This document shows positions 48,901 to 59,100 of a stretch of 64,000 nucleotides of DNA, piece after piece. Each line of letters opens with the position of its first letter. Within the stretch, counting starts at the first letter, position 1. Source of the stretch: Diplonema japonicum (taxonomy: Eukaryota; Protista; Euglenozoa: Diplonemea); contig OZ025661.1 of the NCBI GenBank assembly GCA_964019335.1, positions 62,001-126,000 on the forward strand. The letters are read 5' to 3'. The notes under the pieces are model-generated. The model had not been told where the DNA came from, did not search any database, and worked only from the letters and a program-made list of their open reading frames with translations. The position numbers were made by a program, and so were the translations under genes.

Positions 48901-50696
48901 TCAGTCGCTAGATTTCTGCATTCTCCGTTCCAACACTTTTCTCCGTTGCACACGGCCTTGCTGCAGTCGCTGCCGAAATACAGTGACGAACACACACATT
49001 CTCCACTCTGCGTGCTGCCCTCCTTGCACACCCCCTGCTTGCTGCACACTTCGATGCTCCCATCGCTGTACTCCACAAGCCCAGGGCAGGCGATGTTGCA
49101 TGTGGAACCAGCATAACCCGACTTGCAGGTGCATTTGCCGTCTCCATTCCTACCATCGTTGCACGACCCGTGCCCAAAACACAGCACACTGTCGTCGAGC
49201 AGGTCTGGCCTCAACGCGATGCCTGTGCTTGCAACAGAGACCAGTCCCACGTTGATCGGGCACTGCTGTGAACAATTCGTGCCATAGTACCCTTTGAGGC
49301 ACTCACATCGTTCAGATGACACAATGGTGGGTGTTGGCACTGCCTGCCCAGGGGGGGGAGGTGGAGGCGGGGGCACTACTTGCCCAGGGGGCGAAGGTGG
49401 GGGTGGAGGTGGAGGTGGAGGCGGAGGCGGTGGTGGAAGGGGACCCAGAGGGCCTAGGGGAGAAAGGGGTGAAAGTGGTGAAAGGTTGTCCTGTAAGGTA
49501 CGCCACTTCCTTGACTTGGGCGATGGAGGCGCGGAGGGAGGTGACTTGGAGCCGCATTTACCATAAAAGCACACCAGGCCTCCGTCACACGTTGTTTGGT
49601 TGCAGTGAACACCTTTGTAAACCACCACATTACTCGCCTTGCAGCTGTCGCACGTCGGTTCCTGCCAGTGTCCGTGTGTGCTGTTGCTATAGCACCCCTT
49701 CACTGCTGTGCCCTGCACGGTGATCGCGTCAATCGGTGTGTATGTGTTACCGCTCCAACCCAGCGTGACCTCTACCCATTGCACAGGGTCGGGGATGGGC
49801 ACAGGAAGCGAGACCTGTACGGGATCAGTATCGCAGGTAGGCTTGGGGAGAGTGCAGTACTTCTTACAAGGAGAAGAAAAAACCTGAGGGGCGACTGAGA
49901 AGGCTGTAAAACCCGCAGGGTACGGCAGCCAGGAGAATGTGTCGCAGGTTCCTGCGAGACACCACGCACCGACAGGGTCGCCGTCAGGGTTGCGGCAGTA
50001 GTTGTTGTCTGCGATGCCGGTACCTTTGACCACCTGGTCACCGATGAGACTGATGCCGGCGGGAGTACGTGCTACGAGGTAAGGGTGTGCAGCAGGAGTG
50101 TCTGCGGCCCACGACTGGCAAGGCTGTCCTGTTGACGTAACATTTATAGACCCCCTGTAGTCCATCCCTGGTGGGTACTTGGTGAGAGCCGGCACCGGGT
50201 GGTGGCCTTCTGGGAAGGCCGTGTACAGCTCGGTATTGTTAAAAACAACAGAGTGCTTGGAGCAGGCGAAGACTGCTGGGCCGAAAGAGTAGCACGATGA
50301 CGGTTTGATTTTAGAATTCGGGGTGGAGCGGAGCAGACCCAGCGAGACAATCTTGACCCAACCTCGGGAGCCTTCATCATTGATCGTAACGGAGGTGATG
50401 TTGAGAAGGGGATCTTCCAGCTGCAGCAGGATGGTCTGGTCACCTGAAGCAAGGGGATCAGGGTACCACCCCTTTGGCGACAGCCCTATCACACCCCCAT
50501 ACCATTCACATCTGTCACCGCTGGCAAGACCCTGTGTCCAATCTGCCCGTCCAGTGGCTTCGTCAGCATCTCCGATGCCCTGATCCTCTGAGCTCACACT
50601 TACTGCCTTCCAAGCAAATACGCTCTTTACGTCACCCGTTTCCCCCATGTACTTTGTCATCGCACATATGCTAACTAGCACAGTCCATGTTAGCAT
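24965..50696 (-). CDS. Giant (~8,550 aa) multi-domain cell-surface receptor-like protein: kringle, EGF/laminin-EGF, CUB-like, C-type lectin, IPT/TIG, Cys-rich juxtamembrane region, multi-TM domain, cytoplasmic WW/B-box/EF-hand; introns 28864-28901 and 28745-28785
   Basis: ORFs 28824..50780 and 24965..28783 are joined through a 78-nt exon (QKSRLSIIIKILMNYLQTATLMREFQ) by 38- and 41-nt GT-AG introns; spliced length 25,653 nt = 8,551 codons. Kringle YRGSINVTSTGQPCQSW/NYCRNPDG; CTLD CGDGWSSHDGNCY; IPT SVTPNLADGTGGTIVTIEGRGF; TM motif LGFLYSGYRLNRYYWEMVVMFRKML; WW; EF-hand DSDGDGDVTWEE. Confidence 0.88.
40780..41169 (-). repeat. Coding tandem repeat, 13 x 30 nt, encoding YYYPGTTNSP
   Basis: Directly visible; units differ mostly at synonymous positions. 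Confidence 0.95.
46070..46301 (-). repeat. Coding tandem repeat, ~48-nt unit (NETDNSTNVTVTPTAV), ~3 full copies plus a degenerate one
   Basis: Directly visible; dense in N-x-S/T sequons. Confidence 0.9.
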
Positions 50697-51490
50697 GTCC
50701 ACCCCCTGCTGTTTGAATTTCGGTAAAAAAAAAAAGAAAAAAGAATTACCGGAAGCTTCTGGTTCGTTTGATCTTTTCATTGCTACAGAAGCAGAGAGAC
50801 CTTCCTGCCACCTTTTTTTTGAACCCCCCCAATTGTTCGTCGGCCGGTTTGCAGTTAAAAAAAGAAAAAAAAAGAAAGAAAGATAGCGCTGGATTAGGTA
50901 ATCGAGAGAATAAGGGAAAAAAATCGGGGGGGGGGGGATAAAATAAATAGAGTGAACATTAAGAAGGGTCTTCTTTTTTTTTTTTCTTCTTTTTTTCTTT
51001 CTAGTATTACCAACCCCGTAATATATGAGCCCGTCCGGGAAAGAAAAAAAATGTCAACAAAACACATGGCGTTCTAGTGTTACCATTTTTCTTTCCCAGG
51101 CGAGCTCATATACCCCTGGCTATTGCCTCCTTGCTCACCTGTCGTTGGGATGGCTTTACTACAAATATGAAACAAAAAAAAAAAAAATAACTGTAGGCAC
51201 AAAACCCTTTCTCCCAAAAAGATTAGTGTAGGAAAAAAAAAAAAAAAAAGGAAAAAATTCTTTTGTACTGTGTTAAGGAGGGTACTCCCCTACCCCAGTA
51301 TTATTAAACACTATGCACCCCCCCTTGCCTTCCTCGGTTGTGCTGATAATAATGGCATCCGTGAGAGGGTAGAAAAGGTGCACAGTCCCCTCGTACTTTG
51401 ACTCGCTCAAGAGGAGGAAAATAAAAAAATAAAAAACAAGCTCTAGTAAAAAATTGGGCATTGTGTACAAAACTGCGCTGCGCAACTATT

Positions 51491-51542
<52 letters not shown>

Positions 51543-51983
51543 AAAAGATTTCAGAGTATAAAACATCGCCACCTTTGAGCACGGTAACCAACAAGCTGGG
51601 CTCTTTATTTATTATTTTCTTTTTAAATAAAAGTTCTGATGAAGTACAAGCAGCTTGCCTTAGTTGTTGGCGGGAAAAAAAAAGGCATTTGCAAACGCCA
51701 CTGTGTAAAAAAAAAGGGGGGGAGGGAGGGGGAGGGATAAATTGTACAATTCTAAGAATGAAGATAGGAAATTCACCACATCTCTCATGCTATTGTGCAA
51801 CCCCCCCCCAAAAAAAAGCTGTTCTGGTATTTGTTATTCCATATGCAGTTAGCGGTTCATATTGCTACCACACGGGGGGGGGGGGGGGGATTGCTAATTC
51901 TATAAAAAAACCTGTATAAAAACCGATTAATTATGTCGGCAATAGTATGTTGGTACTACCCCCCCCCCCCCCCCCCCCCCCCC

Positions 51984-52164
51984 CAGGGCTATGCTGGCAT
52001 GGAAACGCGTTTCCATGCATTTTTTGAAAAAAAGGGAAACGGAAACGTTTCCCTATTTTGGGGCCGTTTCCTTGGAACAGAAACATCGCTGTTTCCATAA
52101 GAATTTTGAGAACAAAAAAAAAAAAAACATGGAAACCGTCACGTTTCCTGCCTGCATAGCCGGG
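51984..52164. mobile_element. 181-bp MITE with ~25-bp imperfect TIRs (hAT-like CAGGG start)
   Basis: Left end CAGGGCTATGCTGGCATGGAAACGCG; right end reverse-complemented CCCGGCTATGCAGGCA-GGAAACGTG; many internal GGAAAC/GTTTCC motifs. Confidence 0.7.
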
Positions 52165-53145
52165 TTCCCCTCCAAGAAAAAGGTGCGGACATTCTTCCAC
52201 AGACGATCTCGTTTAAGGAAAAAAGAAAAAAAAAAAGAAAAGAAAAAAGAGTTAGGGATAAAAAAAAAAAAAAGAAAAAGATTTTGAAAATAGGAACGAG
52301 ACCTCGAATAGCGTGACCGGTAGATGAAGGCCACTGTGCAACTAACTGTTCTGTCTCAAAACGAATGGTTTTTTTTTTTTTTTTCTTTTTTTTTTTTTTA
52401 GTATTGACAATTCTGTTAATACAAAAAAGAAGAAATTGGGGGGGGGGGAGGGCCAAAGGCCATAGGAAGAATATTTTTTTATTTATCCAAAAGATGACAA
52501 TTTGAGCAAAGAAAAAAAATAGAAGGGAAAATAAAAAAAAAAAGAGGTACTGGCCGTCTGAAGAAGTTTATAACACGTTGCCAACATCCCCTCCCCCCCT
52601 TTTTTTTCTCTCTTTTGTTAGGCAAGCCAAAGACTTGGCCTTGTAAAAGAATTCTCGCATAGTTACCCAAACCCAAAAAAGAAAAGAGAGAGTTTTGGAG
52701 CAGGAAAAAAAAATTAAAAAAAAAAATAAGAGATAAAGAGTAACCAAGATTTTTCCAGACGAAGAAGGTCAACACATACGATGTACTTCTCTGTTTCTCC
52801 GTGTTATCCCTACCACCTTGGGGAAAAAAAAAAAAAAAAAGAGCTTGCGCTGCAAACGCATACGGGGGGAAAAAAAAAAGGCAGGGGTGAGCAATTTCTT
52901 TCATTCTTTTTTTTTAATATATCACGTTCTTTTTTTTTGCCCCCCCACCCCCCCCCAAAAAAAGAAATAGTACCGTTTTATTCCAAAGGCTTTTTTTTTC
53001 TTTTTTTTTTCTTCTTTTTTTTTTTCTCTTGCGGCGAAAAAAAGGGGGGTGTGTGTGGGGGAAAGCCGAATCATATTCACTCAAGCTTCAGTGGGGAATT
53101 TCTATGACACATTTTTTTTTTTTTTTTTTTTTTTCTTCTTCTTTC

Positions 53146-53937
53146 TCAAAAAACAGAAACGCCGCCGAACATATACGTCATGGCCTTCAAATAAGTTCGA
53201 GTAAGCGCCTTCATCTTTCCCCGTGCCTTTGTGACCTTTGAGGACAACGGGGAATTAGACAGAGAAGAAGGCGATAACGGGCTTGAAGGCGGACTTGCAT
53301 CCCCGTCACGTGCGAAGTAAAAGTCCAGCAGCGGGTCCGTCGGCGACAATACCTGAGCAGCATCATCACATCTATTGAGGAACACAACAAGCTTTCCAGG
53401 CGATCGATCTGGCAAGTGTGTTGTTATAGGCTCCCGTCCAGCAATGTGGAACGTAATGGTAGCCTCCGTCACTGTGATGACCACCACAAGCGGGTTAGGG
53501 AGTGGCGCACAAGGCACACCATACACATCAGTAGAAAGCTGGGCTTTTTCGTTTAAAAACACCGAACTTGAGGTATCGTAACAGTATTGTAAAGGGTTGA
53601 AAAATGTATTTTCAGCAACCCATCCGATTTTGTACACGCCGGTGTCCAAAGAGCCTCCCGGTCCTCGGTTGTCTTTAACACTTTTTGTTATCTTAAGCCC
53701 TACCGAGCCGATGGTGTTCCCCTTTAGTACACCCCCATAGGCACCATAGGGGATGGATTCCACCTCCATTTCGTGGACCCAGGCCTCCCTGTCCCTTATC
53801 GTGAACCATTGGCAGCATTCTCTCTGTTCCCACTCCCATTCTTCTTCCCTGAACTGTGCCACCTCGTGGACAAGGTCCTTCTCAAGACCCACCTTCATCA
53901 TGAGCACTTTGAAGCACACTACCGCATTCGGCGACAT
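53146..53937 (-). CDS. Hypothetical protein, possible SPRY/ConA-like beta-sandwich
   Basis: Coding-like composition from ATG 53937 (the upstream ORF part is T/A tracts); beta-strand pattern YKIGWV...VVVITV...ITFHI...LVVFL. Confidence 0.6.
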   Translation of the reverse strand: MSPNAVVCFKVLMMKVGLEKDLVHEVAQFREEEWEWEQRECCQWFTIRDREAWVHEMEVESIPYGAYGGVLKGNTIGSVGLKITKSVKDNRGPGGSLDTGVYKIGWVAENTFFNPLQYCYDTSSSVFLNEKAQLSTDVYGVPCAPLPNPLVVVITVTEATITFHIAGREPITTHLPDRSPGKLVVFLNRCDDAAQVLSPTDPLLDFYFARDGDASPPSSPLSPSSLSNSPLSSKVTKARGKMKALTRTYLKAMTYMFGGVSVF

Positions 53938-54197
53938 AAGCCGGCACCCTGGGTACAGGGCTGAAGACTTGCTTATATCTTTTTTTTGCATTTTCATATT
54001 CTTTTCTTTTTTGTGTATTTTGTGTGTTGTGTTTGTGTGTGTATATTTTCCTTTTTTTTTTCTTTTTTTTTGAAACGGAGAATAATATAATGAAGTAAAA
54101 CCTGAGGGGCAAAAAAAAGGGGGGGGGAGAAAGAGGAAAAAAAATATAAATATAAATGATGATAAAAAAAAAAAAAAAAAAAGAGAAAACCACCTCC

Positions 54198-55218
54198 TCA
54201 ACCCTCAAGGAAATATGAGTCCAACGTCTTAATCCCTTCGATCTGTTAATTATTGAAATAAAAAAAAAAATAAAAATACCGTTTTTGGGATCTGAGATTT
54301 ATGGATAATAATGGGGACGGTAACGACGTCGGAAGAGATCTCGGGGTCGAGGATGAACCGTTTCACCGCGGTAGGCATGTGTCGGTTTCTGAAGTAGAAG
54401 ATCTCCTCTGGTCGTGTGAAAAGACAGGTCTGCTCCGTTACAAGCAGCTCCTCCGCCCCCGCCGCAGGCTTAACCTTCTTCTTCTTTTGCTGTTTCGCCG
54501 CGTTCTTTGGGACCATCCCAGCCTCCTCCTCAAGCTTCTGTTTCTGCCTGTCTAGCTCATCAAGCTCCTCGTCAGCCCGCATACGGATTCTGGCAAGCAA
54601 CATGTAGTATTCAAATTTCCCGGAAAGCTCTGGATTTTCAGCAAGTTCCTCAAACAAGTTTACGTGCAGCTGGGAACCGAGTTCAGCGGGAAGGTTGACA
54701 AGCCTTTCAGACACGATCAGCCCGACAGGAGATGTTTTTAACGCAGCCGGTGAGATGAGTTCTGAAAGGTCTTGTTTTGAAACCTCCTCGGTGGTTGCTG
54801 TGATGGATAGCTTTTGAACGAGTTGGGGCTGTGTTGCGAGATCGACGATGCCCACTACCCCGTAGATGTCGTTTTTGTCGTCACCGAGATTGACTTCCGG
54901 GTCTTGGTTCTGGTCTGGGATTTTGATGATTGATGTTAACTCGGATTTGCCTAATCTGCCTACAACCTCGTCCATGTCCAGGCACCAGAGGGGCGGGACC
55001 CATCGTTGCAGGATGTGGAACACACCGTCCTGATCGCAGCCCTCCATCACATCTACATCGAACAGTACCTCTTGCATCTCATCGCCCTCGTGTATCTGAG
55101 CCTCCTCTTCTTCTTCTTCTTCCTCGTCCTCGTCCATCATCGGGTCCTCTTGCTCCTGGACTATTTCCTCTTCCTGAACCTCTTCTTGCATGTCTCGTTC
55201 CGTCCTTTTTTTGCCCAT
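54198..55218 (-). CDS. BCCIP: BCP1/BCCIP family protein; intron 54243-54279
   Basis: Acidic N-terminus, IYGVVGIVDL, VGLIVSERLVNLPAEL, FEYYMLLAR and FTRPEEIFY; a 37-nt intron gives the terminal exon IEGIKTLDSYFLEG*. Confidence 0.88.
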
Positions 55219-56058
55219 TTTAATTTATTTATTTTCTTTTTTTGAACTCTCTTTTTCTTTTTATTTATTTTCTTTTTAAATTATAATTTGCAGTTTGCCA
55301 CGGGGGGGAGTTGTTATGAGAGGGGAAAAAAAAAGAAAAAAATAGAAAAGAGGATCATTACTGAATTCCTTTTTGGGGGAAAGGTTGAGGTGGTGGTGGG
55401 GAGGGGTGAAGGCTGTTTATGAGTAATTTCCGTTCGAACTTTTATTGCTTTTATTTATTTTATTTTTTTTTTTTTTTAAAAAGCGTCTCAAAATGTCTAC
55501 AAAAGCTTTTTCTTGCAAAAGTTGTTTGTGCGTCTTTTCTCAGATCGCTCCTTCTTTTTGAACAAGAATGAATTGTTTAGTAGGGCTAAAAAAAGAGTTG
55601 TGGTGGTATTGCTGGGCCTATCCTTCTACAGGTTAATCCTGGCTGTCTGTGCACAAACAACAATCAACCGCTTCTTTTCCCTTTTAACAAAGGTGGGATA
55701 CCGGAAACCATGCCGGCGCACAAGAACAAAAGAAAAAATTTTTTTTCTCTTCTTTTTTATCGTAAACATACAGCTTAAAAATTACATGAGGCGCAATGTT
55801 CTTCTTCTTCTTCGCAGCCATTCTTTTTTTTTTTTTTTTCTTTTCTCCTCTTTCTTTTCATTTTCAAAAAGAGGGGAAAAAAAAAAAGAAATGGCAAGCG
55901 GAAATAGGGCAGGGTGTTGGGAGGTATTGTGTATCATAATTGCAGCCTTGAATGGTGGGAGGTATGGAAGGAAGGAAAGGGACTATTTACTTTTTTTGGA
56001 AGGGGAAAAGGGAGGGAAACCCGCCGGGCAAAAGGCACGAGAAATGTGTAATTTTGAC

Positions 56059-56091
<33 letters not shown>

Positions 56092-56166
56092 GGAACATTA
56101 ACCGGTTGGAACTACAAGAGGCACCATTTAGCTACAATTGCCCGGGGGAGGGGGAGGGGGGGGCTT

Positions 56167-59100
56167 GAGATGAGACGAGACAGAGAAGAGAGGAAATATC
56201 AACATTTCTTTAGGGAGGGGGATATGAAAGTGAGAGGAATTATGAATACATTCAAAGAAAAAAAACTCAAAGTACAGGACAAGCCCCCGCTAAAGGGCCG
56301 CCCTATGGGAGGGGGGGGTCTATCTGTTAATACTCCCCTTCTGGAGCATTGCTTTCATTCCGATTGAGGCCGTGAGCGTCTTGCGGAGTCGTGTGATGCG
56401 GTCCCGCTTGTAGTCGGCTTTCAATTCCATTAGCTTGTCGTGCGTGGACCGGGTGGCGAAAATAGGCCTCCTGGAGAAACCAATAGCTGCCTTTCCTCCA
56501 ATGGCGATGAGGGACTTCACTCTTTTTCTCTCGTCCGCTGGGAAGGGGCGTCGCTTCTTCCGTGCCCTGCATGCTGTGTTTATCTTTACGATGAGAGCTT
56601 TGATTCTGCGCGCCCTATCTTCCAGCAGGCCTCCCAAAGACCTTCCGGTCGTCCATTCGAAGTCAATGGCCAGTTCCACCGCCGACACCTCCGAGGTGGT
56701 GTCCTTCTCCACCCAGCGCAGTTGTGACAACCATTGTAGCAGCGGGTTCAGGTACTGGGACAGGACCCCGCTCACTCCTTCGAGCTCGCCAGCTATCGGA
56801 ACGGGGCATTTCTTACCTACCACATTTCGAATCTACGGCAGCGGCTGTGTGTTGACATCCTCCTTCTGCATGAGCTCTACGTCTCGTTTCTCAACCACCA
56901 CGGCTAAGTATCTTTGCAGCTTCTCTAGGTACGCAAAGTCATGTCCTCTCGGCAGAATCGCGTGCAATTCCAGACACAGGGGCCATCCTGTCCTGTTGCG
57001 CAGTGGTTCCAAGCCGTCCTGTGCTAGCTCTTCCTGTGCGCAGGCGCACTCGTAGAGTTGGTGGCGGAGTAGGGTTACCGTGTCCGGGTACGGTGATTCA
57101 CACAGGTCGCACCTGAACCCTTGTGTGCGTGATACTGTCGTTGTTGGGACTTGGCTTACGCTCTCTTCGACTTCTTCGGTGCCGTCACCTTCTGGTGCCA
57201 GGGGGACGCTTCTTTGATTCGTTCCTGCATGCGGGCTAAGGTAGGGGACCCCTCCGGTGATAACCCGTCTCAGGCAGTAGGACATGAGCGGGTCTTTGGC
57301 TGTTTTCCATAGTTGGTTGGTTTTGGGATCCGCTCCCGCCTCCATCCCTCTCACTGTGTTCCTCTCGTTCGCCAGCGACCTGCTCCGGGCTTTCCTCACC
57401 GCGTCCCTAAAGACGTGTCCGCGTTCGGCCCAGGGTTTGTTCCCACAGTCTAGCAATTGCGCCCAGCTCCTGTCGTGATCTGTCTCGGCCACTGGCCTGT
57501 CTCCTCAATCAGGTTGAAGAGGTCTGCGAAAGCTCTCAGGATGCTCACCGGAAGACGTTTCAGCTCACTCATCCGCCAACCGTCCACGCCACAGGCCCCT
57601 TTGTCCGGCTTCTTCTTGATCACTTCCCTCAGCTGTTCCGCTGTGATCGAAGTACGCGACATTAGGGTTTTCTTGATCATGTTCCCGTAGCGCTGTGCAA
57701 ATCGTTCGTACTGTGGCTCGTCCTCTGGTGCCCGTGCAGAAAAGACGCCCGACCAAGCGTCTCGCATCACCTCGTCCATCTTCCGTAGGTTTGCGGTCAC
57801 TCCACCATCTGCCGTCTCAACCACATCTGTCCTTTGGTTTGGGTGGTCTTTGATCCAGGCTGTGATGTGTCTGCGCTCCTTCCCAAAATCAGAGCGTATT
57901 GAACGTTCGTATGCTTTCGCCTGCACGTTCTTGCGGCATAGGAGCAGCTCCGACAACATTCCCTGGGAGTAGTCCTCTGCTATTTCAAGCTCCCCCCTGA
58001 TGCTATCAATACTCCCTGTCGCGTCGATCTTGCAGAACTCGACCTTCAGCTCTTCCCCTAGCGTCGTTATGTTTCTGAGCGCGTTCCGTATCTCCACCGG
58101 GAGCGGCCCGCAGTGTCCACCCTCATAGAGTTTCAACATTTGCTGTTTTGCACTTCGAATTTTGAGCTTCAACTTCTCAAGCCGCTGTTGTCGATTTGTT
58201 GCCGCCCCGACTGCCGACTCCGTTGACCTCGCACTCAGCTCTGACCTCGTAGGCTCCCGTACCTTGCCCCTTCCGGTGTATACGTTGCGTACCGGTCCCA
58301 CGTACCTATGTAGTAGGTATTGTTCCGCAAGGTCTGATATCTCTGAGAAAGCTTCGGTTGGCCTCTGTGCTGCAATGAACTTACGGTACCTCGACTTCTG
58401 CATCAGTGTCTCCGCTATTCCGACTGGCGCCTTCTTGGTCTTTGGTATCTCCTGCGGGACGGTGTATCTTAGGACTTCTTGTCGAAAGGCTGGGATGTTG
58501 AGTGTTACCGACAGGCATCGGTGGTCAGACCCGGAGATAGCCTCGCTTACTCCGCAATGCTCGAGCCCCTGGGCCGCGATGTTGTTCAACAGTACCCTAT
58601 CAACCCGCGTATTGCAATTGGTTCTGACAAGTGTGCTCTCTACCTGTACTCCATCCCTCCGAGCACAGAATGCAGCGGCGTCTATCCAGTCCGTTTGTAA
58701 AGCCCTCCTTAGTGTGGTGGATCGGGTTTCGTCCGTGTTGAAGTCCCCCACTACTGCCACCGGCACGTCTCCCAGCTCGAACTTGAGTCGGTGTAGTAGG
58801 TAATGGAGAAGCTCTTCACGGTACTTTGCCTTCGTCGGGTCTTGGCCTGAGTGGCAGTATACATTCACCAGGTGGAGCCATCGCTTGTTCCCATCAAGTG
58901 AGATCTTTACGTGTGACCATCTGTCTTTATGCGGCCCAGTCGTTTCACAGATCACCGCTGTCCGTGGTTTCTTCACAAAGGTACCCAATCCGCCCCGCTT
59001 CGCTATCGTCAGAGACGTGACACCTTTGGTCTCGCACGTGCTCGATCTCCAGCTGCGTCTGTGCCGTGAGGGCAGTTTCTTGGATGCAGAATGCGTCCGG

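Noticed and set aside
429-50886. Many plus-strand ORFs of 60-316 aa overlapping the real genes
   Set aside because: Antisense shadows of GC-balanced coding sequence; no recognisable motifs.
55513-56367. 284-aa plus-strand ORF and similar poly-F/poly-K ORFs at 20.1-20.9, 51-53 and 60-63 kb
   Set aside because: They are translations of A/T homopolymer tracts with no protein-like composition.
56833-56835. In-frame TAG in LINE ORF2 as programmed readthrough or an alternative code
   Set aside because: It aligns with Trp (HPW) in the sister copy, so TGG>TAG decay explains it; host genes use TAG, TAA and TGA as normal stops.
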